Part shown: positions 22,901 through 37,300 of the stretch, piece after piece
Position numbering within the stretch: the first letter of the stretch is position 1
How the letters are laid out: the number at the start of each line of letters is the position of its first letter
Source of the DNA: Phallusia mammillata
Taxonomy: Eukaryota
Length of the DNA: 64,000 nt
NCBI GenBank assembly: GCA_965637545.1
Contig: OZ281501.1
Location: 11,532,001-11,596,000, forward strand
Reading direction: 5' to 3'
The notes under the pieces: model-generated
Database searches by the model: none
Seen by the model: the letters and a program-made list of their open reading frames with translations, nothing else
What the model was told of the DNA's origin: nothing
Made by a program: the position numbers and the translations under genes

Positions 22901-25900
22901 ACAGCTGTTAAAGGAGAATGGCATGCCGGGATGCAAACAAAATTAACTTGTATTATGTTTGTAATACTACCAAAATAAAGTCGACTTAAAGGCTCCATAC
23001 CCGTTCTTACTTGACTTTTCTGTAAATTTCGAAAGCTTCTGGCCAACTCAGTATCTAATGAATATAGTGTTGTGGCCAGGCATGTTTTTTTAACTTTCTT
23101 TTATTTTCAACCAATATCTAACATATACAATAAATGACAAAAAAACAATGGTGAATATTGCCATGGATTGTTTTTGTCTCATAGTGCTCCAGTACATATT
23201 AAATATTGCGGAATTATTTACAGTGAAGACGCTGCAAGATTTAACAAAGGGAGGAACCGGAAGTGTTAAACTTGGATTTGGAAAATTTGTCGACAAAGTC
23301 CAAAGTCCCATGACGCAAATGACTCAATACAAGTTAGTATGAAAGCCAGGGAAACAACTGCAAATGATTTAGTAGTCCGGTTGCAAACGATGCATTTGCG
23401 GCTTTTTTCTTCACTGCGTTCGGAATGTGTTACACTGACGTGCTTGAGCACTTCTGTCTATAACCGCAGGAATTTTAATTAATGGGTTGTGATATGTATT
23501 GATCGGCCGAATCCATTTTCTTCTTATCAAAACTAATTCTAAATACTCATATCTCAAAATACGTACTCCTTGTTCTGCAGACTGAAAACTTTAAAAAGTC
23601 TGAAGTCATCCACCGTTTTTTATGTTTAGATTTATATATTTTTGCCAAAGTAATAGGCATCGTCAGTATCTTTTTCAAACATTTTTCTGCATTGACACTT
23701 TAAACATCGAACTTTATATGATTGATAAAAACAATGTTATGATTATGCATCTTGTGACTTGCTTTCTGCCAAGTTAAATACCTCAATATATTTACTTCCT
23801 AATTTCCAAACGTGAGCACAACGTATTAAAACCCATTTAATTTATAAGCATTCAACACCAGTTGAGGTTTACGAATTGGAACACTTGAAATAGCAAATTA
23901 CTTTTTTCAGGTTACGTCATCCTTATGGGACGGTCACGGATTCGCCGTTTCTCTTTAAGAACGTGGTCAACCTGACAACTGATGTGGCGCATTTTCAAGA
24001 GGTTCTCCGCCACGAAAACGTTTCTGGTAACTTGGATCCACCAGAGGGCGCGCTCGATGCCATGTTGCAGGTAATCCAATGCAAGGATCTGATTGGCTGG
24101 AGAGGTAACGCACTTCGCTTACTGATGATTGCAACTGAATCAGCTTACCATTATGCTGCTGATGGGTCGGGATACCTTGCTGGTATTTCGAAATCGAACG
24201 ACGGAAAATGTCACACTGGATACGACGGAAGGTAAAAAATGTGCAAAAAGAATGAACCAATTTGACATGGTCTTCTAAATTGCTTGAGGACTATTTTGCT
24301 AACTTATTGTATGGATGCTGTTTAAGTATGTTTGGCCCCTTTCTTACATTTAAAGTTGGTTTTAACAACTAATTGTCAGCCACCTTTCCTTACTATACTC
24401 AATATACTCAATATGCATGATACGTTGTATCAATATAGAAGAAAAGTAATTTCGGCACATGGTTTTCATTGGACAATTTTCCCATGGATTTATTTTAGTA
24501 TTATATGTTCACCATTGTAGTTACCTAAAAACAAATGACGTTTTGGGTTTTCTGTAGATACGTAGGTGCAGAGGATCAGGATTATCCAACAGTAAATCAA
24601 GTGGTCCGAGCTCTTGAAGAAAAATCAATCACTCCTATATTTGCCATTGGCAGCACGTACGAGGATTTATATCGGGTATGTGAAGCGTTCGCAGCAAACA
24701 ATCGTAAAAATCATTTTTTAAGTAGACAAGTTTACTACTTCTCATAAAATCCTGGTACAAATCCGATCTAACTGTTTTGATATTTATCCTTGATTTAACG
24801 AACCTGATAATTTGGTCAACAGCATATGTCGGAAGAAGTATTCCGCGGTTCAACTTGGGGTGTTTTGGCGAGAGATTCCAGTAATGTGGTGGATCTTGTC
24901 CGCGAAGCTTATCTGCAGATCGCCGGTACGTACAAATCATCAACACCTATTACTGTTATACCTATATCATACTGCGTCTGTGTACTAGCTCTGGGTTTTT
25001 GAAATATTTTATCAACTGAAATTACCAAAAGTTTTTTAAAACGTATGCTGGATTGGATTTTTAGTCTATTTGTTCATTGTCGTTACAAAAATAATGATTT
25101 GTCCAATAAACTGGATGGTCACTGTGGTTGTAATTGCCTAATCAACATTCAGTAACTAAATGGTCTTGTAAAACCAAAAGTCGTTTCCGTTTATGACGTA
25201 AGATTTGGTACAACATCTATCTTTCACGGCATTGGATTTTAATTAATACATAAAACTCCAATTTGCATGCAACTCATTTGGACAGTTTACTTTTTCACTT
25301 GCCTTTTTTTATTAATTTAACTATGTCGTTTTCCTACTTGTTTAGGCAAACAAGAACTTGTAACAACGAACCCCGACGCAGATATACTTTGTCCTTGGTA
25401 TCAAGCTACAACTCCAAGCAATGTCGAACTCACTTTTCCTGCACATTCCACTCTTGTGAAAGATCTAAAATCCGGAAGCGAGGTAAGCTGTCATGTTTTG
25501 TTGCCTGTTTTCCAGTAAGATTTAAGTAAGACTTTCATGGCTATTGCATAACACAATTAGAAGCCCCGGTACGAATCAGAAATTTCGTTGCAGTTAAGCC
25601 TGATTTAGGCCCAAAAGTTAAATGTCCAATGGTGACACAAAATTGACCTAATGTGAAGGCAGGCACAGATCAGGCCCGGCTTATAATATCTCAAGTCCCG
25701 AAAAACCCTACCTGACTTACTACTCTGATGTGAACTCAGTTGTATAGTGTTGTTAGTGAAAGTTTTACTCCTATACCTGTAATTCAATATTTGCATTTTC
25801 GTGCAGGTCCATTACAAGTTGTGGCTTGCTGCCAACCGTGGTGCGTGCGCTGAATTCGGCGAATGTCACGTGGGTAACGTCGAAGTAAAGACGAGACAGT

Positions 25901-28351
25901 ATGACGACAACTTGGTGATCAACACAACCGTTCTTGCTGCATTTGGATGCGCCGCTACAGTTGATGTGAATAGAGTTTCTTGTGTTACAAGTAGAGAATA
26001 CGGGGATTTGGTTCAGGACGGAATTTAGATTAGGAAAAGACGAATCTGTTTATGTTTTTTTTTAATCCTACCCGTATCATTTGGAGCTAAACCTTGCAAC
26101 GACCACGTGAACTTCGCCAGGTTATAAGTTAATAATTAATCCCCATTCCGACAAGCAAATGCATGATAGCGGCGCTTAAAAGTTGCCACCGTATGTTTTC
26201 TTGTAAACTTTCAGGTTCCAAATTACAAGCCTTGATTTTGTATATCGCAGATCGCAAGTGCTATTTGTAACGGCCAGGGCGATTTTACGTGCGGAATTTG
26301 TATTTGTGATGCCGGTTGGACGGGCGCGGCCTGTGCTCAACGAACCGTGGCAATTGGATGCGTTCAACCTGGTTCGCTCGACAAATGCTCAGGTCTGTAC
26401 ATTGCTTCACTGGATGAACTTTAGTCAGATTGTATTCGTTTATTCCATCCAGTGTATAAAACGTAATGCCCTTAGAATCCTATACAATAACAAAGAAATT
26501 TAAAAATGTTGTCACAAATTTTCTTCCAATGCCTTTTCTCCTAAGTCTTGTTTTAAACAATGTGACTTTATCTGCCCAGACCATTTTATATGACTGTGAT
26601 ATATCCATCGCCATACTTTATTTTTAAAAAAATCTAAAAGCCCTAGTGAAGCTGATATTTATAAATTGTTCCGACAAATCCCGCCAAATTGGCCACTGTG
26701 GATTCCAGATTATCAGTTGATCCAACTTATTGTGTGTTTGTTTGTGCAGGGAGGGGCCGGTGCTTAAGTGACCAGTGCCAGTGCAACCAGGGCTACCAGC
26801 ACGGGAAGTCGAAAATCTACGGCGATTTCTGCCAGTGCGACGAGTGTCCAAAGCAAGCCGGATTACTTTGCTCCGGCAACGGAATGTGAGTTTTGTTTGT
26901 TTCACTTTCTCGAGCAACGCAAACGCTAATCGGCTTATGGCTGTGATTGAATTGGATAAACGAGCTTGGTGAAATGTAAACAAACTAAAAGAGATTTTTA
27001 AGACCTACACGGTGTGTAATGCAGCGTCTCTGGTTCTGCCATTAAAAAATCAACTTATAAACGTTGAATTTTGATCAAACTGCTATAAAACTTTTGTTTG
27101 TTTTTTATATCTAATTGTCTTATAATGTCCTATCAGTTCAGTTTAATGACATGGGCGTTACCAGTTATGTGGGTTCAGTAAACACAAGAAAATGATATGG
27201 ACTTACATTATACAGCAAAACTTTAACAATTACGACTATAGTACGGGAAAAATTAAAACGAAACTTGGTAACTCTTCAAGTTAAACGACAAAATGTTTTA
27301 CAATAAAAATATATTCGTTGTTTTTGTAGCTCAAATAGCATTAGTGAACTCAGATTTTTAGAGTTTCTTTTATTTTCGCAGAGCAACAAAAGTGGGCCCT
27401 GAATCTTGTTCGTGTGAATGCGTCTGCAATCCTGATTGGACCGGAAGCGACTGTGGTTGTTCTCAACGGAACGACTCCTGTATAGGACTCGACGGATTAG
27501 TTTGCTCCGGTAACGGACGTTGCGAATGCGGAACCTGTGTGTGCACCCCTGGTTCGAAATTCGGAGGTCCGACGTGTGGAGACTGTATTACGGTGAGCTA
27601 TGTTTAAGTAAACCCTGTATCTATCTGTAACTGCTACACATTAATCAATTGTTGTCAAAATATGGATAAATGTACATGTTTAGTCGTCACTCGTCACCAA
27701 AAAATCTGTTTATCCTACTGTGAAAACAATTTATTTTCGTAACTTTTTGTAGATATTGTTGTGGTTTAAATGCTGAATAACAAACTTATGCTTTACTTAA
27801 GCATTTGATAAACTGACTACCACTATTTGTAGGATTGTCCATCCTGTGCCGAGTTCCAAAACTGCATCCAGTGTATCATGCACGGCAGTGGCCCCTACAA
27901 CCAAACTTGCGAAATCAACTGTCCGAAATATTCGGTAAAGCCGGTCGACACCAACTCAATGAGCGAAGGTAAAATATGTCATTTCAAAAATGTGTAGGCG
28001 GGTATCAAATATTTTTTAAACATGCGCGACACCAATGACTCATATGTGACTTATCTGGGGATCGTGCGGTTGGATTTCGACTTGATGCATCACTTTTAAG
28101 GTGGTCGACCATAATGTGAAACGGAAATACCAAAGAAAATGATTTAGCTTAACTGTATATTGTTGTATTACGATGTGTAAAATTATTATAGCTTGTTGAA
28201 ACTTGTGGCGTGTTATGTTTTGTAGAAACCATAAAGCCGGAAAATGGAGAGGTTCTGTGTGCGGCTATTGACGAGAGCGACAATTGCAAGTTCTACTATT
28301 CATACCAAGTTAAACCGGGCGGGATTGAGTATCATGCCGAGGAAGATAAAC
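19928..28351 (+). CDS. Integrin beta ectodomain exons (15)
   Basis: Exons 19928-20021, 21091-21272, 22292-22426, 22631-22778, 23224-23332, 23911-24231, 24558-24675, 24823-24925, 25346-25482, 25807-25965, 26251-26392, 26750-26885, 27382-27592, 27833-27968, 28226-28351. Motifs: PSI [51 protein letters not shown], QDYPT, and Cys-rich CSGNGRCECGTCVC. Confidence 0.95.
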
Positions 28352-31300
28352 GTAAGACATACCTTCATGAAAAAATAAACATACTTTTTGTACACCTGCA
28401 TACCAAAAACTTAGGTCAACATTTGTATGTAACGTAACTTTTACACCCCTGTATGTTACTAAATCATTTTTTCTTTGGTCGTAGGATGTAAGCCCGCTTA
28501 CTCTCTGCTTATCATCTTGTGGTGTATTCTCCTCTTTCTTCTTATCGGACTCATCCTTCTCTGCTGCTGGAGGTGTTGTGTATACGTCATCGACAAGGAG
28601 GAAGCGAAAAATTACAAACTTAGCAGTTTAGCTCAATACACTACTCCAGCTATGATTCCACTTATTCCTGCTATCGGTGCAAGTAAGCAAATAAAACATC
28701 TACTAGTGTCAATCAACTTTTTGAAATTTCACTTCCACGTAAATAAGCTAAAATTATTGCTTATCTAAAAGGCTGAAATTTAATGTCAAAACAATCAAAT
28801 CATTTTTTTACGCAATATTTTTGACAATAGATTCTTTTTTGAATAAACATCCATGTTTTATGTACGTTTACTTATACGAAATTGGTTCGGACACCCAAAA
28901 AGCTTTCGATTCCTTTATTTAATTTCAGGTAGCGTGATTGAATTCATCAAGGCAAAGTACCTCGTAAGACGAAGTGCGAAAGTAGCGGTGATTCCAGTAA
29001 GAAGATCGTTCGTTAAGGGAGGCTCGAAAGTTCTGTGGCGAACTTATCCTGGTAAGAGTTTGCATGCAAACATTTAACGAACCTGTAGCACCCTGAAAAA
29101 CATAAACAACCTCTCATTGTCAGGTTCCTCACAAGATGACGATTTTGAAGTGCTAAGTCAAGGGGAAGAAGGAACGATGGTGCGAAAGAGACAAACAGTC
29201 GAAAGGTAAGACTCTCGATTTTGTTACAGAATTTTGAACGTGGCGAGTTTATTGAGAACCACCAACCGTACGAAAATTCTGTTGTTAGACGCAAACCGAA
29301 GAAATTTGTATTGTAGCCAACGGCGGTTCATTGATGTTAAATTGAAAAACGGTTAACACTTGGCTTTCTAGTCCCACACTTTTTCATTATGACATAGTTC
29401 TTTAATTTACTGTTTATTTACATTTTGTGTCATCAAAACCACTTGCTTGCTTAGTTTTATAATCTTGCATTTCTTGAACATACATCATGTATTTTGAACA
29501 AGAAGCGTTTTTGTTGTGTAGCTTTGAACTTGAATGATTAGTAACAAAATATGGCTTTTTACACAGATTTAAACAATGTTTTCACACAAAACTTAATAAT
29601 GTTTACACATACTGACATAAGTGCTTAGCCTTAATTCGTTTAAACGACCTCCAACATAATGCTGATCCTGTCTTTATTTAGGCTTGTGGTGCAAGGTAAA
29701 AATGGTGAAAGTACAATCGAAGTGGAAGTTGTTGATGGTGGTGAGCGAAGTGCAGCGGCCAACGCTGGTTCGGGAGGTGGTGGAATGAATGGACAACATC
29801 AATCTCTTGCGTCCACTGCAAAGTTTGAGACAGTCAATGAAACAGCACCACTACTTGGAAATGGTTCGGCCGGTTTAGACTGGGGTGAAGGAGAAATTAA
29901 GTAAGTGTACGATTTCATAACAAAGATTTGACACAATTGTAAAGGTCTAGGGATGTTTATCATTTTCTTTTAGCGGATCGTTTAAAAACACAAATGGAAC
30001 ATAGTCACATTTTGACGCTTAACTATATTCTAGTGGAATAAGTCTCATTGTTTTTGACCATCTTCCTGATAGAAACTGATATGTTTGTTGTATTTTGAAT
30101 TTTAGCTTTGACGATGAAAACGAGTTCACCAACATTGAAATACCTCTTCTACACGATTTTTCTGGAAAGGAAATTTCGTTTTGGGTGGAACTCCATGGAC
30201 AGGAACGAGGAGTAGCGCTCGGCCTCAAGAGAACCAAAGTTGTTGTTATCAAAGACGAAGGTTTGTCTCATACAATTTTATCCGTACCCTTGGTTTGAAA
30301 TAAAACGTATTTAATCTTTACACAGAGGCTGGAATTATTGGTTTCCCCAAACCCAGTTACGTGTTCAAGGAAAACGACGGATTTGCTGTCATTCCAATTC
30401 ATCGTACTGTCGGAATGGACGGTCACGTGAGCGTCACTTGGTTCACACGCGACATCACTGGTATCAGTGGCAAACATTATATTGGAGGAAGGGGCGTCGT
30501 CGAGTTTGGAGACGGAGAGGTAAAGATCGAATCTTTTTCATCAAATTTTTTAAAGAAGGATGCTTTTTAAACATTGAACAAAACAAGCCTCACCAAATTT
30601 AACAACCGATTCTTAGTGTGTCTCTGTAACTTGAAGTGTTTTCCTGTTTTTTAATACAGGTCACACAACACGTCCAAGTTGAACTGATTCCTGACATCTT
30701 GTATGACGACAGTGAAAAGGCTTTCAATATAATGTTGGATGAGCCCAAGGGTGGCGCTTCGCTCGATCTCAGTCATTGCATGGTTACTGTGCTGGGAGAT
30801 GAGGAATGTTCGCTCGTTCAATTCCCCAAGGACGCGTATCCATTCATGGGTAATTAGCGCTGTGATGTAAGATGCATGCCGGTTGGCGAAGTAACTGTGT
30901 CTCCTTCGCTAATTAAGTTGTCAATTTATATGCTGGATGTTATTGCCATCAAGCTAAACTGTTTACGAATAGCTAATAAGCTGATTGCATTCACAATGAA
31001 ATTGGGTGAAAGAAAAAAATCAAAAAAAATTACATAGAGCAACTTTAAACACGAAATGACGCTTGGATTGGAGCTATGACTTTAGCACCCTGTGTGGCCT
31101 TGGCCGGTCTTCAAATTGGCAGGTTTAGGTTTTAACACTTGTGGCCCACCGTCCTACACCCACCAATCACGTGACGTCACTACGAAGTTGTATGATTACC
31201 AACAATAGTGGTATAACTGTGATATGTGCGCGGGGTTTATATCCAACTGCTATGGTGCTAAAGGGAAATTTAAGTTCACCTAAGTTAAATAACTTTTTTC

Positions 31301-34300
31301 ATAAAGTTTGAGCTATAAGGCAAAAACCTATTTTACTTTCTCCAGAAAACTGTGGAATCGCTGAAATTGCTGTGATGCGAACAAGAAGCACTAAAGGACA
31401 ATCACAAGTTCGTTGGTACACTGAAGATGACACTGCTATTGCTGGAAAGGATTACGAATCTTCTGAGGCAAGTTTTTCCTTGTTTGTTCTTGTTTCTACA
31501 GTTTATGTAGATTCTCAAACTATGTGCTCGTCGTTATCCGCTCGGAATCGCCTTATCGCGTATGCAACCTATTTCTCTCTTCTTCTAAATGCCACTTTTA
31601 TGGTTACAAAACGCAACTACCTTCTCACCTTTAAGTTACTGATGATGGATAAAGAATTACTTGTTTAAAACAAAAGTAATGCGCTTGAATTATAAAATTC
31701 TGTCTAATCATCTGATAAAATTAACCTTTCATAACCACCACCTCATAAAAAAACTTTGTTATTTTTCCAGGGCATTGTTACGTTTGAGAATCTGGCCACT
31801 GAATCACACATTCGAGTCCCGATCATCGACAATGACGTGTATGACGATTCTGGCCGGGCTTTCCGGGTCATTCTCACTGATCCCAGCGATGGAACCAAAC
31901 TTGCCCACAATACTGCTACTGTTTCAATCATTGAGGATGATGGTAAGCGTTTGCATTTCAAACCAGTGTTAAAATTTCGAGTTCGGGCCAGGTATTAGGC
32001 TTGTCCCTTTGGGTTCGGACCTCAGTGTCAGGGATGCTTGCAACTGTGTTACACCAGCATGTCTAATGTTTAGTTTTTTCCCCCTTTCATTTGGTTTTAA
32101 TTAGTTCTGTTTCTGACCACAATATTTGAGTTTAACAGAGACAGAGCTTTATAGATTTGGGACCGATATTTTAACTTTGGCATTCGATGCAACAAAGCAA
32201 GTAATATTTAAGTTTTGTTAATGTTTTGCAGAACCTGGAATGTTTGAATTTACGAAGACGAATCTTGTAATGAGGTCAAAAGCAACATTGGGAAAACTAG
32301 CTGTGATCCGATCTCTCGGTTCAGATGGACATATCACAGTACCATGGGCTGTTGGTCAATTAGGAGACAATAATGTTCCACCAGGCATGTATATGATGAA
32401 ATTTGTAATGAACCGGTGATAATAATCAAAAATCGTTGTATTGTGCAAAAACAAACCGTTCTTACAAATTATTGCTTCTACAGAGGTTCTGGCCATGAAT
32501 GGAACTTTGGAATTCGCCAACAATGACATCAGCAAATCACTAGAACTTGATCTGAGCAATGTTCCGTCAAGTGAGCTCATGAATTTCATTGTTGTCCTGC
32601 AACAACCAACAGGCGGTGCTAAACTTGGAGCAAAGAGCGAAGCCACTGTGACTGTGTTTGCTGATGAAGGTATGCTGTGTACAAGATATAGCTATTGACT
32701 AGAAATTGTGATTTGTTAATAAGTGTCACTCATAAATTTTGCAGATTTCGGAACTGTCAGTTTTGCTCAATCTCGCTTTGAAGTTTCGGCTACTGTCGGA
32801 CTTGCGACCTTGCTCGTATCCAGGAAAGGTGACACCAGCAGTGCAGCGTTTGTCATCTGTGAAACAACTGACCAATCAGCTGTCAGTGGAATTCATTACA
32901 GAGGTAAACGTGATTTTCTGACACTCAACAATAATGTAACTTCAACCTTTAAAATCACTGTAACATATTGCCATTTGTTTCAAAGAATGTGAAACAACAT
33001 ATTTGTGTTACAGGAGGTACAATTAGCGTTTTGTTTGACGCTGACGAAACAGTGAAGGAAATCGAAGTTCCAATTTACAATGATCCCAATCATAGAGGAC
33101 AACTTGTATTTGGCGCCCAACTCCGATCTACACCGAGTGGTCCAAAAATCGGCAATCCGGACACAGCGCAAGTGGCAATCACTTGTATACCGATGAGTAA
33201 GCACTCTCTTGTTTTCACCACAAACACAGTTAACTTGTTTGGCATTTTCACGCTCCGTTCGCGGTCAATTCGTTTCGGCTTCAATTGGGACGCTGGAAAT
33301 ATTTTCGTTTTGTATTACAGCGCCCGTACACCATGCTGGTTTGGCACCTCCTGGACCGTGTACGATCGAGTTTCTCAAATCAAAGTACTTGTTTAGACGA
33401 AGTGCCAAGGTAAGATAAAATACTTTTTGCAATTACTTTCTACCTTTAATTTTCATACATATGGTTTAAATCAGGGGTCGGCAAACTTTTTTCTACTGCG
33501 GACCGTTTTTGAAACTAAAATTATATCGCGGACCGGTCTTCAAAAAACTACAAATATTTAGCAATAAAAACACTTAAATTAGTTTATCATCCCCGGGATA
33601 CATGGGCAATTTTTTTATAGCATTTAACCTGAAAAACTATACGGCCCGGTAACAAACTCCTCGCGGACCGGTTCCGGGCCGCAGACCGGCGGTTGCCGAC
33701 CACTGGTTTAAATAACAGTCCTAATTTGAGCTATGTTGGCCAATGAACCTATTTGACAAATCTTTGTTTGTTGTGTCTTCTTTTAGTTTGTAAATATATA
33801 CTTATATCATATTTTTGCACAGGTTGCAGTTGTTCCCGTGGCCCGTTCGTCCGAGGATGGTGCTTGCTTCGTACAGTGGAGAGCTGCAGGTCCTCCTCCT
33901 ATTCCGGACAGAAGATCCAGTTTGTCCTCTTCATCTTCCAGCTCCTTATCTTCTTCGGATGACGAGAAACATGGATGGCAGGATGGAGTGGTAAGAATTG
34001 TTACTTGCCCCAGACAAACATATTGCTGAGTTGAACAAGACTATTCCGGGGCACAGCGACGCACAGCACTTTAATAATTTTTGAATAACGATAATGAATA
34101 ACAAAAATGCGTCAAACGCATATTTTTGCTCATGACCTAAATATTAACCAAATGGAAAAAAACGGTTTTTGCGCATAAATTATTCTGGACGTGTATCACA
34201 GATATTTACAAAAAAACATAAAGATACTAAGTAGAAGCTGTAAGTTTAAGCGTCTTTTCTAAACCAAATCAAATCAATACCGCATTCATTCCGATTATCA

Positions 34301-37300
34301 GCCGCTCTTATAAGATATAAAAATGAGATAAGAAAATGTAAATCCTTCAATTGTAAACCGCACATACGAAAGAGTAAAAAGCATTTTAAGATGTGGGTTA
34401 CAATCTAATAAACACTGCTCCCGAAAGACAAAATATATAATGCATTATACATTTGAATTGATGTATAATGTACTATTGTTTTGACACCACAAACAGATTA
34501 CATTCCAAGATGGACAAAATTCGACCTCGATTGAACTCCCGCTCGACTCGCGAAGTATTCATGACGCACAAGTGAGTGTTTATCTGGAACTGACTGATGC
34601 AGAGTGGAAGGAAAGTTTGGACGATCCGATCCGATTCGGCCTCAAGCAAACCGAAGTTGTGATTCTCAACGATATTGGTAAGTTTCTTGGTGATCACAAA
34701 TGTGAAAATGTAAACACGTTAATTAAAGTAGTAAAATTAACTTGCTAATAATACGCGACAAGTTTTTCTCAAAAAAGTCAAAATACAACAAAAACAGACT
34801 TTTTTCAAAAAGTCAACATAACCAAGCAATAGCATTTCGTTGTGTTTTCAATCATTTGTCATGTTTAACTGATAGGTCAAACTCGTAATAAACATGACAA
34901 ATTTATACGTTATCACCCCAACACATAGGGTAAAGAATGAAATTAACTTTACTTTACAAACCATTTTTGACCACACTAACGACAAAACTAAACTTTACCA
35001 ATACTGTTTATAAATGTAGATGCGGGGACACTTGGATTTTCGAAAGCAACCTTCTCCTTCAAAGAAAGCGAAGGTATTGCAATTATTTCCATTCATCGGT
35101 TGGGTGGAATGGACGGAAATGTGTCCGCAAGGTGGCGCACAGTGGACGGAACTGCGAAGAACGGACGTGACTTTGAAGGAAGGGAAGGAGTCGTCAATTT
35201 TGCCCACAATCAGGTAATAAACTGATAAATGAGTAAAAATTTCGGCACATCTGTGGCACTGTTATGAAACAAACGAACTGAATCAGATTTAATGGGTTTA
35301 AAATTAAACATACAAAACAGGCATGTTTATGTGCGACGCTGTTATTAAACACAACACATTGTTTAACGTCTGTCTAACATACACTTGTTACAATTGCTGC
35401 AGATTGTGGAAAATATCGAAGTCCCGTTGCTGGAAGGTGAGAATTACGGTGATGACGGAGAAGACAGAAAGTTCAGCATACAAATCGACAAACTTAAGGG
35501 AGGAGCAAAACCTGGATTACGTCACACAACTGTGTTTATCGTCGGAGATGAAGGTAAAGTTTTTGTAAACATCAACATCTTTTAAATGATATGCTTTAAG
35601 AACTCAAACTGGTTTAAAAACAGCAAGATGTTTTCAAACTATTTGTTTACGATTGTAGCAGGCCTAAAATCATGCTAGAGTACTTCTTTAATTTTACAGA
35701 ACGCAGTGTGGTCCAGTTCAGCAAAGCTTCCTACCCCGTAATCGGCAACTCAACCAGTGTGAAATTACCGGTGTTGCGAACTGGAAGCTTCCAACGTAGA
35801 GTCGCGGTATTTTGGAAAACTGTCCCAGACACAGCAAAAGATGGCGTCGATTACGCAGGCGGGGAGGTGAGAACATTTTTCCAAAGCTGTGTTTGTCCGC
35901 TTGTAATTTACTGGCCGTACGCTACATAGTCTTCTGTTAATTGCACAGATTTTGTCGCCACAACTATGTTTGTTATTATTTTTTTAAAATCTTTTTAGAA
36001 TGTTTTGATTTTCGAACCGGGAGAGACAAAAGCGTTTGTTGAGATTCAACTGAGCGGACAAGCTAAAGAGCCCAAGGTGTTTTCGGTTGAGCTCAATAGT
36101 GATCCATCACAATCAGGTTATGAAGAACTTGCGGGAAAAACTTCCCTTGGCACCAACAAAGTTGCAACTGTTTCCATCATAAGCAGTCAAGGTAATTGGT
36201 TCCCATTTTTCGTGGATAGCGTATTTTTTATGAATGTTTTTTATAGATCGTGTAGTTTGTTAAAAATTAAGGTATCATTCAATACGAGTTTGAACTTTTG
36301 TTGTAAGATGTTTGCAAGTTTGAACAAGTAATTTGTGTTTCAGAACCTGGACGTTTTGAATTTAGCAAAACATCGTTTATTTTCAAAACAAGCGCTGAAC
36401 TTGGCATGGTGCCAGTTTTGCGTTCTGATGGAACTGATGGTGATATTTCCGTTAGGTGGCTCATTGAATCTCTCGACAAGCCATCACCATTTGCGGGTAT
36501 GTCATGTGGTTACTGTTTTTAATTGTGAATCAAATCATTTATAGAATATTAAAGCATTAATGTAGCCTAAAACAAAAGTTTCTCATTGCGAATTATTATT
36601 TACACAAAAAGTTTCCTATTCCCATTTTCTAAACCATTTCAAGATATTTTGTGTCCTATTTCATATGGCACCAATGTTGAAAAAACACAAATCAAACTAT
36701 AGTTTTATAGAATTAAAATTTCATTAATATTTTTGATGCGTTTCAATCTTCCGTTTTGTCGCATGGACATGTGGTTTATGCCCGATATTGTACAACATCT
36801 TCTTAAAAACTCAACTGTAATGTTATTTACGTGGAGACGTAGATATCATCTATATTTCACGGAAATGTTATATTGTAAGTTTAAAAATATAAAATATTTT
36901 TTATTGCAGGTGCAGAAGGTTTCCTATCTTTCCGTGACGGCCAAGTTAGCGCCAACATAGAAATCGCATTAGAAGGAGTTCCTTCAGATGACTTCGTACT
37001 TGTACTGGTTCCGTCAGAAAGTGGTGCAGTGTTGGGAGCAGCCACACGAGCAACTGTTACAATCATTGGAGAGAAAGGTTACTTGATTTGATTCTATTGC
37101 AGTACAAATGTTGCCTCATCCTAAATTATGTGTCCGTGGAATATTACATTCTTTTTTTATGTTCCAAGCCCACATAAAATTCGATATTAGAAATTCATTT
37201 TTTGTAGTAACAACCTTGATTACATCTTTGGTTACGAAACGGCTATTTGACTTGATTTTGCAGAGGAACCGACGATCGAGATGAACCAGGACATGATGAA

